The translations under genes and the position numbers were made by a program. From Sedimentisphaerales bacterium (GTDB lineage: Bacteria; Planctomycetota; Phycisphaerae; Sedimentisphaerales; Anaerobacaceae), in NCBI GenBank assembly GCA_963708075.1, contig OY970194.1, positions 1,504,001-1,568,000 of the forward strand: a stretch of 64,000 bases of DNA, read 5' to 3'. The notes beneath the pieces are model-generated. The model did not search any database and was not told the DNA's origin. It worked only from the letters and a program-made list of their open reading frames with translations. Positions 10,053 to 18,561 of the stretch are shown one piece after another (the stretch's first letter is position 1; each line of letters starts with the position of its first letter).

Positions 10053-11166
10053 CGAATGTCGCGAAGGCCCCTGGCTCAGGACGTGGCTTGTGGCGGCGGG
10101 GCTTATTGTGACGCTCTTAGCGGGCTGGGAATGCACCCTGCGAGGCTTGGGATACCGCCCGACGGTGGTGGATGATAAGGCCCTCTGGGCCGCACAGCGA
10201 GAGCGCGTGTACAGCGATGGTAACGAGAAAACCGTGGTGCTCCTGGGCGACTGCCGCATGCAACTTGGCTCCGTGCCGCAGGTGCTGGCGGAGCAGTTCC
10301 CCGGACATCGGGTGGTCCAGTTAGCCGTCGAGCAAACCAGTCCGGTGGCGACGCTGCGGGACCTTGCGGCGGATGAGCGATTCGACGGAGTGGTCATCTG
10401 CGGATTGAACGCCCGACTGCTTTGCGAAGACCTGTGGGATACACAGCAGCCATACGTCGACTACTATCACAACAAGTATACGCTGAATGAGAAGCTGAAC
10501 CGGCTCGTGTCGGTCATCTTCCAGCAGAGGCTGGCGATCATCCATCCGCAACTGCGGCTGGATGACATGCTCGTTCATCTGGTCAAGACGCGGCGTCTGC
10601 CATCGCCCTACTACATCGAGACCCGCGCGGATCGATCCCGCCTGGCGGACTACTCCGGCGTCGACATCGAGGCCCATCGGCAGTTCACCCTCGGCCGGGC
10701 CCAGTGGCTGTGTGCCCGGACGTTGCCCTCCTCCGTCAAGTGGGTGGAGGACGCTATGAAACTGGAGGAGTGGGTCCAGGCGATCCAGTGCCGCGGCGGC
10801 CACGTGATCTTCATCCAGTTCCCCACCACCGGCGACCATCTGCGCTACGACGAGTTCATGTTTCCCAAGGCCCAGTACTGGGATGCCTTCGCCGCAAAGA
10901 CCTCGGCATTATGCCTCCACTTCCAGGATGTGCCGCAGTTGGCTGATTTCGCATGCCCGGACTGGTCGCACCTGGACCGCGCGGACGCCCCCCGCTTCAC
11001 GCAGGAACTCGCCAGGGTGTTGGATGAGCGAGGGCTGTTCAAGGAGCCTTCGTGCACTACCGCCTGCGGGGGATCGGACGGCCCGCAGTGCTCCTGCTGC
11101 GACCACAGCAAGCCGCAGGGTACGCACGTGCGATGCACCTGCTGTTCTATCAGCGGCCCCTCCTGA
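10027..11166 (+). CDS. MBOAT-associated periplasmic SGNH-like protein (AlgJ/DltD-like partner)
   Basis: GTG at 10027 (MRSSTFSFS) overlaps the MBOAT C-terminus; N-terminal TM; LLGDCR (GDS-like) and DWSHL (DxxH) motifs. Confidence 0.75.
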   Translation: MRSSTFSFSECREGPWLRTWLVAAGLIVTLLAGWECTLRGLGYRPTVVDDKALWAAQRERVYSDGNEKTVVLLGDCRMQLGSVPQVLAEQFPGHRVVQLAVEQTSPVATLRDLAADERFDGVVICGLNARLLCEDLWDTQQPYVDYYHNKYTLNEKLNRLVSVIFQQRLAIIHPQLRLDDMLVHLVKTRRLPSPYYIETRADRSRLADYSGVDIEAHRQFTLGRAQWLCARTLPSSVKWVEDAMKLEEWVQAIQCRGGHVIFIQFPTTGDHLRYDEFMFPKAQYWDAFAAKTSALCLHFQDVPQLADFACPDWSHLDRADAPRFTQELARVLDERGLFKEPSCTTACGGSDGPQCSCCDHSKPQGTHVRCTCCSISGPS

Positions 11167-12571
11167 GGCCGGGGCTATCGGGCCATTGGACGAGGCTGTT
11201 CAGATAGTCCTCGATATTCGTGTAGCCGTCGCCGTCCTTATCCGCCGGACCATCGGATGCATCGTTCGGGTTCAGACCGTGCCCCTGCTCCCAGGCGTCG
11301 GGCATGCCGTCGCCATCACTGTCGCGGGGCACCGGCGCCGTTTTCAGCTCCGGCCAGCCGCCCACTTCGGCCTGGCTGTTGATGATGCGTCCCTTGCCGG
11401 TCTTGACGTCCTGGACGATCCGCCGATCTATGGCGTCACGCGCGGGCAGGCTCGCGCCGCCGCGATCCAGCACGAGATGGTAAGCATCTCCTGCCGACTG
11501 CGTCACAACCGGCCCCACATCGAATGGCTGAGATTGCTTGTAGGCTGCAATCTGCTCCGCCGTCCAGTCAAACAGCACCACGCTCCACGGATCCTCGGGC
11601 AGAACATGGTTGTAGTAATTCGAGGCAAAATACCCCCGGTTATAAGGGGAACCCTCCCGGTAGGCTTTGCCGGTGATGCTGGAATTGGGGCCCGGCACGA
11701 GGTAGTTGCAGACGTAATTGAGCTTTGTGACGCTCTGCGCATCGGCGTTGTAGCCGGCGTATGAGCCGTCCCAGTTGTAGATGACGTTATTGCGAAAATC
11801 GAGCAGCAGGCCATTCGGGTCCTTGTCGTACGTATTGGGGTTGTCGTAGTTGCCCGGTCGCGGGTTGCGGCCGCGATTGTGGGCGTACAGATTGTGATGA
11901 TAGCTGTAGCGCACGCCGTGAGAGCCGCGGATCAGCGATCCGAACCCGTGATTCTTCACGTTCAGAGCCTCCGTGATGAAGCACCACTGAACAGTCAGCT
12001 CGCTGAGCACGGGATCGCGCGTCGAGGACGAGAGCACTTCGTCGAGACTCCAACTCGCCGAGCAGTGGTCGAGGATAATATGATGTCCCGCGCCGATGCT
12101 GACGGCGTCGCCGCTGGTCCCCTCGTCGCCGAGCCGGCACCGCAGGAAGCGGATCACCACGTGGTCGGTCCCGACCACGAGCGTCGAATCACGCAGACAG
12201 ATTCCGTCGCCCGGCGCCGTTTGCCCGGCGATGGTGATGAACGGGTTCTCGACGGCCATGGACTTCTTCAGCCGGATCGTGCCGGAGACGTCGAATACGA
12301 CGATCCGCGGCCCTTCCGCGTCCACCGCCTCGCGCAGACTCCCCGGGCCGCCATCGGCCAGCGTGGTCACGTGGTACACCCTGCCCCCGCGCCCCCCCTT
12401 CGAATAAGCCCCGAACCCCTCCGCCCCCGGAAACGCCGGAACAGGCGCAGTGTCTTGGGACCGAATCCCGGCAAAAATGGGACCTGCGGGACTAATCGGA
12501 CCTGTGAAATCCTGTGCCTTCAAGCCGGGACCGGCACACAGGGCACTCACAATCGCCAGACATGTGAGCAT
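11150..12571 (-). CDS. Pectate lyase family protein (PL1-like)
   Basis: AFPGAEGFG, GGRGG, GPGSLREA, TIAGQTAPGDG, DHCSASWSLDE, RNPR, DSDGDGMPDAWE; RBS GAAAGGAG upstream of ATG 12571. Confidence 0.92.
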   Translation of the reverse strand: MLTCLAIVSALCAGPGLKAQDFTGPISPAGPIFAGIRSQDTAPVPAFPGAEGFGAYSKGGRGGRVYHVTTLADGGPGSLREAVDAEGPRIVVFDVSGTIRLKKSMAVENPFITIAGQTAPGDGICLRDSTLVVGTDHVVIRFLRCRLGDEGTSGDAVSIGAGHHIILDHCSASWSLDEVLSSSTRDPVLSELTVQWCFITEALNVKNHGFGSLIRGSHGVRYSYHHNLYAHNRGRNPRPGNYDNPNTYDKDPNGLLLDFRNNVIYNWDGSYAGYNADAQSVTKLNYVCNYLVPGPNSSITGKAYREGSPYNRGYFASNYYNHVLPEDPWSVVLFDWTAEQIAAYKQSQPFDVGPVVTQSAGDAYHLVLDRGGASLPARDAIDRRIVQDVKTGKGRIINSQAEVGGWPELKTAPVPRDSDGDGMPDAWEQGHGLNPNDASDGPADKDGDGYTNIEDYLNSLVQWPDSPGLRRGR

Positions 12572-12600
12572 TCTCACGGCGTCTCCTTTCAGAATATCCA

Positions 12601-13866
12601 CTATTCATGCCGCAAAGCGACAATTGGGTCAAGCCTTGCCGCTCTGGCGGCCGGATAGAGGCCGAAGACGATCCCGACGCCCATGCTGATCCCGAGCGAC
12701 ACGAGCAGGCTGACCGGCGTCACAATCGTCGGCATGCCCGCGAAATGTGTGATCAGCGTTGGGATGAGTAACCCGACGAACATCCCCACGAGTCCGCCGA
12801 GCGAAGACAAGACGACCGTCTCCATGAGGAATTGCCGGATGATCTGCCGCCGCTTGGCGCCGATAGCCCGGCGAATGCCGATCTCACGCGTGCGCTCCGT
12901 GACGGAGGCGAGCATGATGTTCATGATGCCGATGCCGCCGACGAGCAGACTGATTCCCGCGATGGAGCCGAGCACGATGCTGAACGTCCGCTTCGTCGCC
13001 TCCGCCTGGTGCAGCAGGGCCAGCGGGATGCTCATGCGATAGTCTGTGCGATCGTGAAATCGCCTGAGCATCTGCTCGATGGCCGTGGCGGTATTCTCGA
13101 CGCAATCGGTGGACGCCGCCTCGACGATGATCTGATGTAGCTCCACCTTCTCGCGGATGCGTGAGCCGGCGGCGCGAATCATGGTCTGGTCGCCGAACCG
13201 GCCTCGCGCCACGGAGAGCGGGATGTAGGCATCGATTTCGCTGTCGGGCGTCTGAACCGATCCGCCCTGGGAGTTCTCGCTCTGCACGATGCCGATGACC
13301 TCGAAAAATGCGCCGCCCAGCCGCAGAGGCTGGCCGATGCTCTCCCGCGTGGCCAGGAGCCGCCGCGCACTGTGCTCCGTCAGGATGACGACACCCGCAT
13401 GGGTCTCCACGTCGGTATCGTTCATGACCCGGCCGGCAATCAATGGCCGTCGCACCAGGCTGAACCACTCCGGCGTCGTGCCTACAAGCCGAAGGTCCAT
13501 CACCCGGTCGTCGAGTTGGCCCTCCTTGCGGACCAGTTTCACCGGCACGGCCCGGCGCACGTCCGGCAGCGTCTGCTCGATTCGGTCGAAGTCCTCATAG
13601 GTCAGCCCGTAGACGCTCATCCGGACGGCCCGGTTCTTGGCCGATTCGTCTTCAACGGGTTTGACGGACTGCACGATGATGTTGCTGCTGCCGAGCCTGC
13701 GGATGCGTTCCAGGGCGTCGTGGCTGGCTCCCTCGCCCACCGCCAGCATGGCCACGACGCTTCCGACGCCGAAGACGACACCGAGCATCGTCAGGAACGA
13801 CTGCAGCTTGTGCAGCAGCAGGTTGATGACACCCTGCTGGATTTCCCGCAGATACGTGGCACTCAT
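12601..13866 (-). CDS. ABC transporter permease (MacB/FtsX family)
   Basis: LTMLGVVFGVGSVVAM, ISLLVGGIGIMNIMLASVTERTREIGIRRAIGA, GLYPAARAARLDPIVALRHE. Confidence 0.95.
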   Translation of the reverse strand: MSATYLREIQQGVINLLLHKLQSFLTMLGVVFGVGSVVAMLAVGEGASHDALERIRRLGSSNIIVQSVKPVEDESAKNRAVRMSVYGLTYEDFDRIEQTLPDVRRAVPVKLVRKEGQLDDRVMDLRLVGTTPEWFSLVRRPLIAGRVMNDTDVETHAGVVILTEHSARRLLATRESIGQPLRLGGAFFEVIGIVQSENSQGGSVQTPDSEIDAYIPLSVARGRFGDQTMIRAAGSRIREKVELHQIIVEAASTDCVENTATAIEQMLRRFHDRTDYRMSIPLALLHQAEATKRTFSIVLGSIAGISLLVGGIGIMNIMLASVTERTREIGIRRAIGAKRRQIIRQFLMETVVLSSLGGLVGMFVGLLIPTLITHFAGMPTIVTPVSLLVSLGISMGVGIVFGLYPAARAARLDPIVALRHE

Positions 13867-15422
13867 GACGGGCTCTCCCCGCCCCGATTCGGCTCGGATA
13901 CCGCATTCGGTTCACTGGCCTCGGGATCCGCTTCACTGGAGGCCAGGGGCGGCGCCAGGCTGATCACCTCCCCGGCTTCCAACCCGCTGAGCACGTGCAC
14001 GAAACGATTATTGTCAAGGCCGATTTCCACGGGCTGCGGGACAAGCCGGCCATCCACAAGCACGTGCACGGTCGGCTGACGGTTGACGCGGGTTACCGCC
14101 TGGATCGGCACATACACGGCATCAGGATAGCGTTGCACCAGGATCTCCACGCGACAACTCATCCCGTTCCGAAGTGCCGGATCATTGGCATCCACCGCAA
14201 TCACCGTATTGTAGACCTTCAGGTTCGGGTTCGAGAACCAGTCATCCGAGTCAGGCAGCGGCGCAATCTGCGATACCCGGCCCGGGAACACTTTGCCCGG
14301 GATTGCGTCGACCGTGATCCGGGCGGGCAGCCCGACACTCACTTTCCGCAGATTCACTTCAAGGATCTTCACGTCCGCATTGAAGGTTGAAGCCGTCGGC
14401 AGGTAAATGATCTCTCTGTTCTCATCCACGATCGCCCCGCGCTCGATCTGTGGCTCATCCTCATCCCAGTCCTCTACGCTCGAGGCATACAGGGCTATGC
14501 CATCGATGGGCGCGCAGATGATCGCCTTGGCGACTTCCTCTTCGTCCCCTGTGAGCTCGTTTCGCTCGTCCTCGTAGCGGGCCCGCTGGGCTTTGAGCTC
14601 AGCCTGTGCTTGCGCCATGGTGGCACTGTGTTTTCGCTTGGCGCGCTCCAGGGCCATCTCGGCCTGCTTGACGTCGCTCTGGAGCTGCTCCAACTGGCGG
14701 GCGTACGTATAATTGGTCAGGAGCTCCTTGTCCGTTTCGGCAAGGCTCAGGTCAAGCTCCGCTTTTTTCGCCGTCAGCTCGTCCCGCTGGAGCTCCGACC
14801 GCGAGAGATACTTCTCCTCGTAGAGGGTCTTTGACCACCCGAGGATATCGTTGGCACGGCTGAGCTCCTGCGCGGCCAGCGTGATCTTGGACTCCGCGGC
14901 TTTCAGCAGGCGCGGGTATTCGCCCGCGACGTACTTCTGCAGGTCCTGCTGCGCGAATTTCCAGGCCAACTCCGCCTGGTCGATGTCCGCCTGGCCCTGG
15001 TTCTCGACGACTTTCAGGTTTTCCTCCGCGTAGACAAGCTGCGCCTCAGCCGTCTGCACGCGAATCCGCCGCTCGACCAGGAACTGCTCCAGCTCCGTGA
15101 CATCGAGCTCCACGAGCCGCTCCCCCTTCTTCACCTGCTTGCCTTCGTCCACGATGAACGTGATCTTGGCGTCGCGCTCCAGGTCGTTCCTGAGAATGAT
15201 CTGCTCGCGGGGATGAATCGTTCCCGACTCAGTGACGTTGATGGTCAACGGCCCGCACTGCACGATGCTAGTCGGCCCGATATCAGATGATGTGGATGAC
15301 CTGCCGCCTCTGCGCAGTACCGCCACGCACAGCAGGGCCAGGACAACAGCCGCCGCAATCAACGCCCAGCGAAGGGTACGATACTTGCTTGCCCCGTTGC
15401 CCGTGCCAGTGGATGCCCCCAT
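13863..15422 (-). CDS. Efflux periplasmic adaptor subunit (MacA/HlyD family)
   Basis: TM anchor, EGKQVKKGERLVELD lipoyl-like motif, long coiled coil, ICAPIDG, LRNGMS, VEIGLDN; GGAGG RBS before ATG 15422; overlaps permease start. Confidence 0.9.
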   Translation of the reverse strand: MGASTGTGNGASKYRTLRWALIAAAVVLALLCVAVLRRGGRSSTSSDIGPTSIVQCGPLTINVTESGTIHPREQIILRNDLERDAKITFIVDEGKQVKKGERLVELDVTELEQFLVERRIRVQTAEAQLVYAEENLKVVENQGQADIDQAELAWKFAQQDLQKYVAGEYPRLLKAAESKITLAAQELSRANDILGWSKTLYEEKYLSRSELQRDELTAKKAELDLSLAETDKELLTNYTYARQLEQLQSDVKQAEMALERAKRKHSATMAQAQAELKAQRARYEDERNELTGDEEEVAKAIICAPIDGIALYASSVEDWDEDEPQIERGAIVDENREIIYLPTASTFNADVKILEVNLRKVSVGLPARITVDAIPGKVFPGRVSQIAPLPDSDDWFSNPNLKVYNTVIAVDANDPALRNGMSCRVEILVQRYPDAVYVPIQAVTRVNRQPTVHVLVDGRLVPQPVEIGLDNNRFVHVLSGLEAGEVISLAPPLASSEADPEASEPNAVSEPNRGGESPS

Positions 15423-15473
15423 CGTGCCTCCTTCGACGTGACTTCGTTGCTGTTCTCTCTTCACGGAAGTATC

Positions 15474-15665
15474 CCCTCCGCCCCCGGAAACGCAGCAGAA
15501 ATAGGACCTATGGGACTCATAGGACTTATATGACGCTGCACCTGCAACCCGGGACCGGCATACAGAGTATCCAGAATCACTACACATTCAAACACTCTCA
15601 CGGCATCTCCTTTCAGAACACCCACCATTGTCGCCGCCCCGCGAAGCCCGGTCAAGCCCCGCCCA
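15474..15665 (-). pseudogene. Diverged duplicate of the permease-end / pectate-lyase 5' junction
   Basis: Translates VLKGDAVRVFECVVILDTLYAGPGLQ...PIGPISAAFPGAEG versus ILKGDAVRMLTCLAIVSALCAGPGLK...PAGPIF...AFPGAEG at 12416-12640. Confidence 0.75.
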
Positions 15666-15809
15666 GGCGTAAAGCAGCGAATACCCACCCAGATGGACGA
15701 GCGTGGATGTGCATGGACAACTGTGGACGCGGCGACCGCCCATAGGGCAGACCTTGCCCACCATTTCTCCTCCAGAGTGCAAGGGCAAGATGCCCTCGCC
15801 GCGAGTGGC

Positions 15810-16736
15810 CTATGCAAGTTCCGGCGGAGGCGCGGCTGTGGATGGGCTCCAGGCGCCGAGGGGGTTCGTGCTTCCGCACTCCGGGCAGGAGGTCGTTGCG
15901 AAACTGGCCTGGCAGTTCGGGCAGACGGCCCCGGTCTCGAACGTATCGAAGGTCTTGCCGCACCGGGGGCAGGCCCAGAAGGCGCCGGCCGGCGGTGCGT
16001 TCCGGCAGGTCGGGCACGTGAATCCCTCGCGCCGCGGCGCTCGCGCAACGCGCATCAGCCGCAGCGCGTATTGCAGCCCGCCCCAGCAGTTGAACAGAAT
16101 GAACAGGGCGATCACGCCGAGCCACAGATTCCGCGTTGCGAGAGCCAGCACCACGAGGGCTGCGACCCCGAAGAAGCCGAGGACCGTCACGACGGTCAGA
16201 CTCCAGGCACGCCCGAGCACGAACCATAGCAGCGAGCGCAGGATCTGCCCGCCGTCCAGGGGATACACCGGCATGAGGTTGAAAACCAGCAGGCCGGCGT
16301 TGACCATGGCGATCATGTCCACCAACCTGACCACATCCGGTACTACATTGGCGGCTCCGGAGAGGTGCAATAGCACGGCCAGCGCGATCAGCACGGGGGC
16401 CAAGGCCACGTTGACAAGCGGTCCGGCCGCGAGGCTCCAGAGGATGGCTCCCGGCCGCTCCGGCGGCTCCACAAACGCCACGCCGCCCAGCGGCCACAGT
16501 ACGATGCGATTCGCCCGGCCGCCCACCTGCCGGCATGCCAGCGAGTGCCCGAACTCGTGAAGCAGGACGATGCCAAACAGCGCCACGTACTCCAGCACGT
16601 TCCACACCGGCGATGAATACCACCCCGCCCGCTGACTGATCTCGTAATACGCCACAAGGAACCACGACCAGTGCAGGAACACATCGATCCCCGCCAGCCG
16701 AAACAGCCGAACCGAACCTTGGCTTGTCGCCGTCAT
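15810..16736 (-). CDS. Site-2 protease (M50) with C-terminal zinc-ribbon region
   Basis: HEFGH, AGPLVN, NLMPVYPLDGG; CPTC/CPRC/CPNC/CPEC. Confidence 0.93.
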   Translation of the reverse strand: MTATSQGSVRLFRLAGIDVFLHWSWFLVAYYEISQRAGWYSSPVWNVLEYVALFGIVLLHEFGHSLACRQVGGRANRIVLWPLGGVAFVEPPERPGAILWSLAAGPLVNVALAPVLIALAVLLHLSGAANVVPDVVRLVDMIAMVNAGLLVFNLMPVYPLDGGQILRSLLWFVLGRAWSLTVVTVLGFFGVAALVVLALATRNLWLGVIALFILFNCWGGLQYALRLMRVARAPRREGFTCPTCRNAPPAGAFWACPRCGKTFDTFETGAVCPNCQASFATTSCPECGSTNPLGAWSPSTAAPPPELA

Positions 16737-17346
16737 ACAATCCTTTCAATTCCCAAAGGGAAAGCCCCCGCCCCCGCCACCGCCCCAGACGTCCGGCTCA
16801 CCGGAGGAGTTCCGCCACCAGTATGGCGTCCAAAATCCCCTTGTCAACCCGCCGCACCCGCGCGGATGATGAGGGTGCATGACAGGATTGCGGCACAGCA
16901 AGTATGAGGTTGTGGGTGGCAGCGTCAAACGCAGCTTGGCGATGGCGTTCCTGGAATGCGGTGCAACGATCGTCAAGGCCTACAGCCTTGACGATGCCAC
17001 CCGGCCCAATTGCCATTCTTTGTCGTACACCCGATGATGAAACCGCGGATGAACCCGGATGAACGCTGATAACGGGCCGGGACACGGCAACGGCGACTCG
17101 TAGGGGCGACTTTCAAAACCGCCCATGCACCTTTCGATTCTGAATTTGTTTCGGATTTCGGCCTTCGTGCTTCGGATTTCAACAAGACAGGGTGTGCACC
17201 GCACACCGATTCCGTCTGAACCGCTGAATATCATCCGCAGACACCGTCCTGAGCGAAGCCGAAGGATCAACGCCGATTTGCGCAGATTCCCAACTGACAA
17301 CCGTCCCTCACTCCGCACTCCGAAATCCGCAATCAAGAAAGCACAT

Positions 17347-17793
17347 TCATCGTCCCGGCCTGATTCCTCCCGACGGACCCGGGCTGGGCGGCGGGGTTCG
17401 GCGGGTGAGCCGGTCCAACAGGTACTCCCACAGGAGTGGCCGACCTTGTGCAACCTCCACCGTGACCCAGTCGCGCATGCCGCTGTCGACGCCAACGCCG
17501 TGCTCGCTCACCCACTCGAATTTGCCGCGGCGCACCATGACGATGATCCAGTAGAAGCCCGGCCGTGAGAACTCCCGGTACATGGTGCGATTCCACCATG
17601 TGGAGTCGACCTCCACACAGCCGATGTGTGACAATTCCTCGCTGATCCGGGGAATGGATGGGGCCGTGTCTTCATTCTTCATTATTGGCGGGATACAGGG
17701 ATATCTTTCTCGCATCAGATCGCGGACTGCAGCGTGAGATTGATAGAGGACGTGGCCCACAGAACTGATGGAACCGCGAAATACGCAAACCAC
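17347..17793 (-). CDS. Possible small hypothetical protein
   Basis: 148 aa ORF with globular-looking composition between repeat blocks; start uncertain. Confidence 0.3.
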   Translation of the reverse strand: MVCVFRGSISSVGHVLYQSHAAVRDLMRERYPCIPPIMKNEDTAPSIPRISEELSHIGCVEVDSTWWNRTMYREFSRPGFYWIIVMVRRGKFEWVSEHGVGVDSGMRDWVTVEVAQGRPLLWEYLLDRLTRRTPPPSPGPSGGIRPGR

Positions 17794-18164
17794 ACGCGAG
17801 AGATGATTTCCGAACAGAGCTGCTCAACATGTCTCAACTCTCCCCGACTTCGCGCGGCCGCACTTTAGGCGAATCACTGGCCCGTCGAGGGTGATCTGGC
17901 TGACGGCCGGGCTTGCCTTCGCGTGGTTCGCGTATTTCGCGGTTAACAATCTTCCCTCTTTTCCCTTCTATCCTCACATTCCTTGTGGTTCACCGATGCA
18001 TGGGCGGGTTTGAAACCCGCCCCTACGAGTTTCGCTTCTTACGTTCGGCTATCAGTTCTCCGTGTGCTCGGTGCTCTGCGTGGTTGAAAACCTGGATTCT
18101 CGCCTGTGCGGAAATGACATCGATGGGAGATTGCCGCGCTTCGCTCCTAAGAAACTAACTGGCC

Positions 18165-18243
18165 GGGTGCCATGTCTACGCTTGCGTAGACATGTTCCAC
18201 TCGATGGGCAAGGCATGCTTACGCGAGCGTAAGCATGGCACCC
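18165..18243 (+). repeat. REPIN-like 79 bp double-hairpin element, copy 1
   Basis: GGGTGCCATGTCTACGCTTGCGTAGACATG...CATGCTTACGCGAGCGTAAGCATGGCACCC; near-identical copies at 33192-33270 (inverted) and 34876-34954. Confidence 0.9.
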
Positions 18244-18561
18244 AAACCCTCTGGTTTCTTCCCGACACCCGCCGCGCAGCGGCTGACCGACTCGCAATGA
18301 CATACGGTGGGGAAAATTTTATGCGGCGGTTTTGGAGGTGGGTCCGAGAAAGATTGGGGTTGGGGTCGATGATTCGGGAGTGGCGATGTCGCGACGGGGG
18401 GCCGGCTTGACTTCGGGGTGCGGGCGGGGTAGAATGAGGACACTGAATGGGGTGGACAAAGGCATCTCCTGTGCGACAGGCACAAGGTTTCCCACGGATG
18501 GCTCAGGTTTTGGGGTTTCTGTCGGCATCGTTTGGGGGCCGGGCAGAGGGCTAGGGGGGTA

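Larger units (their letters stand above)
17035..18310. repeat. Intergenic mosaic of short-period repeats and REP-like palindromes
   Basis: decamers aaccgcggatgaacccggatgaacgctgat; heptamers tttcggatttcg; nonamers ttcgcgtggttcgcgtatttcgcggtt; inverted GTAG-type REPs at ~17100 and ~18000. Confidence 0.7.

Noticed and set aside
12243..15005. Other GAGAACC/GGTTCTC occurrences (e.g. ~12244, ~14233, ~14999; also ~8786, ~42715, ~47435, ~56505) as frameshifts
   Set aside because: They lie in-frame in uninterrupted genes, so they are genuine sequence
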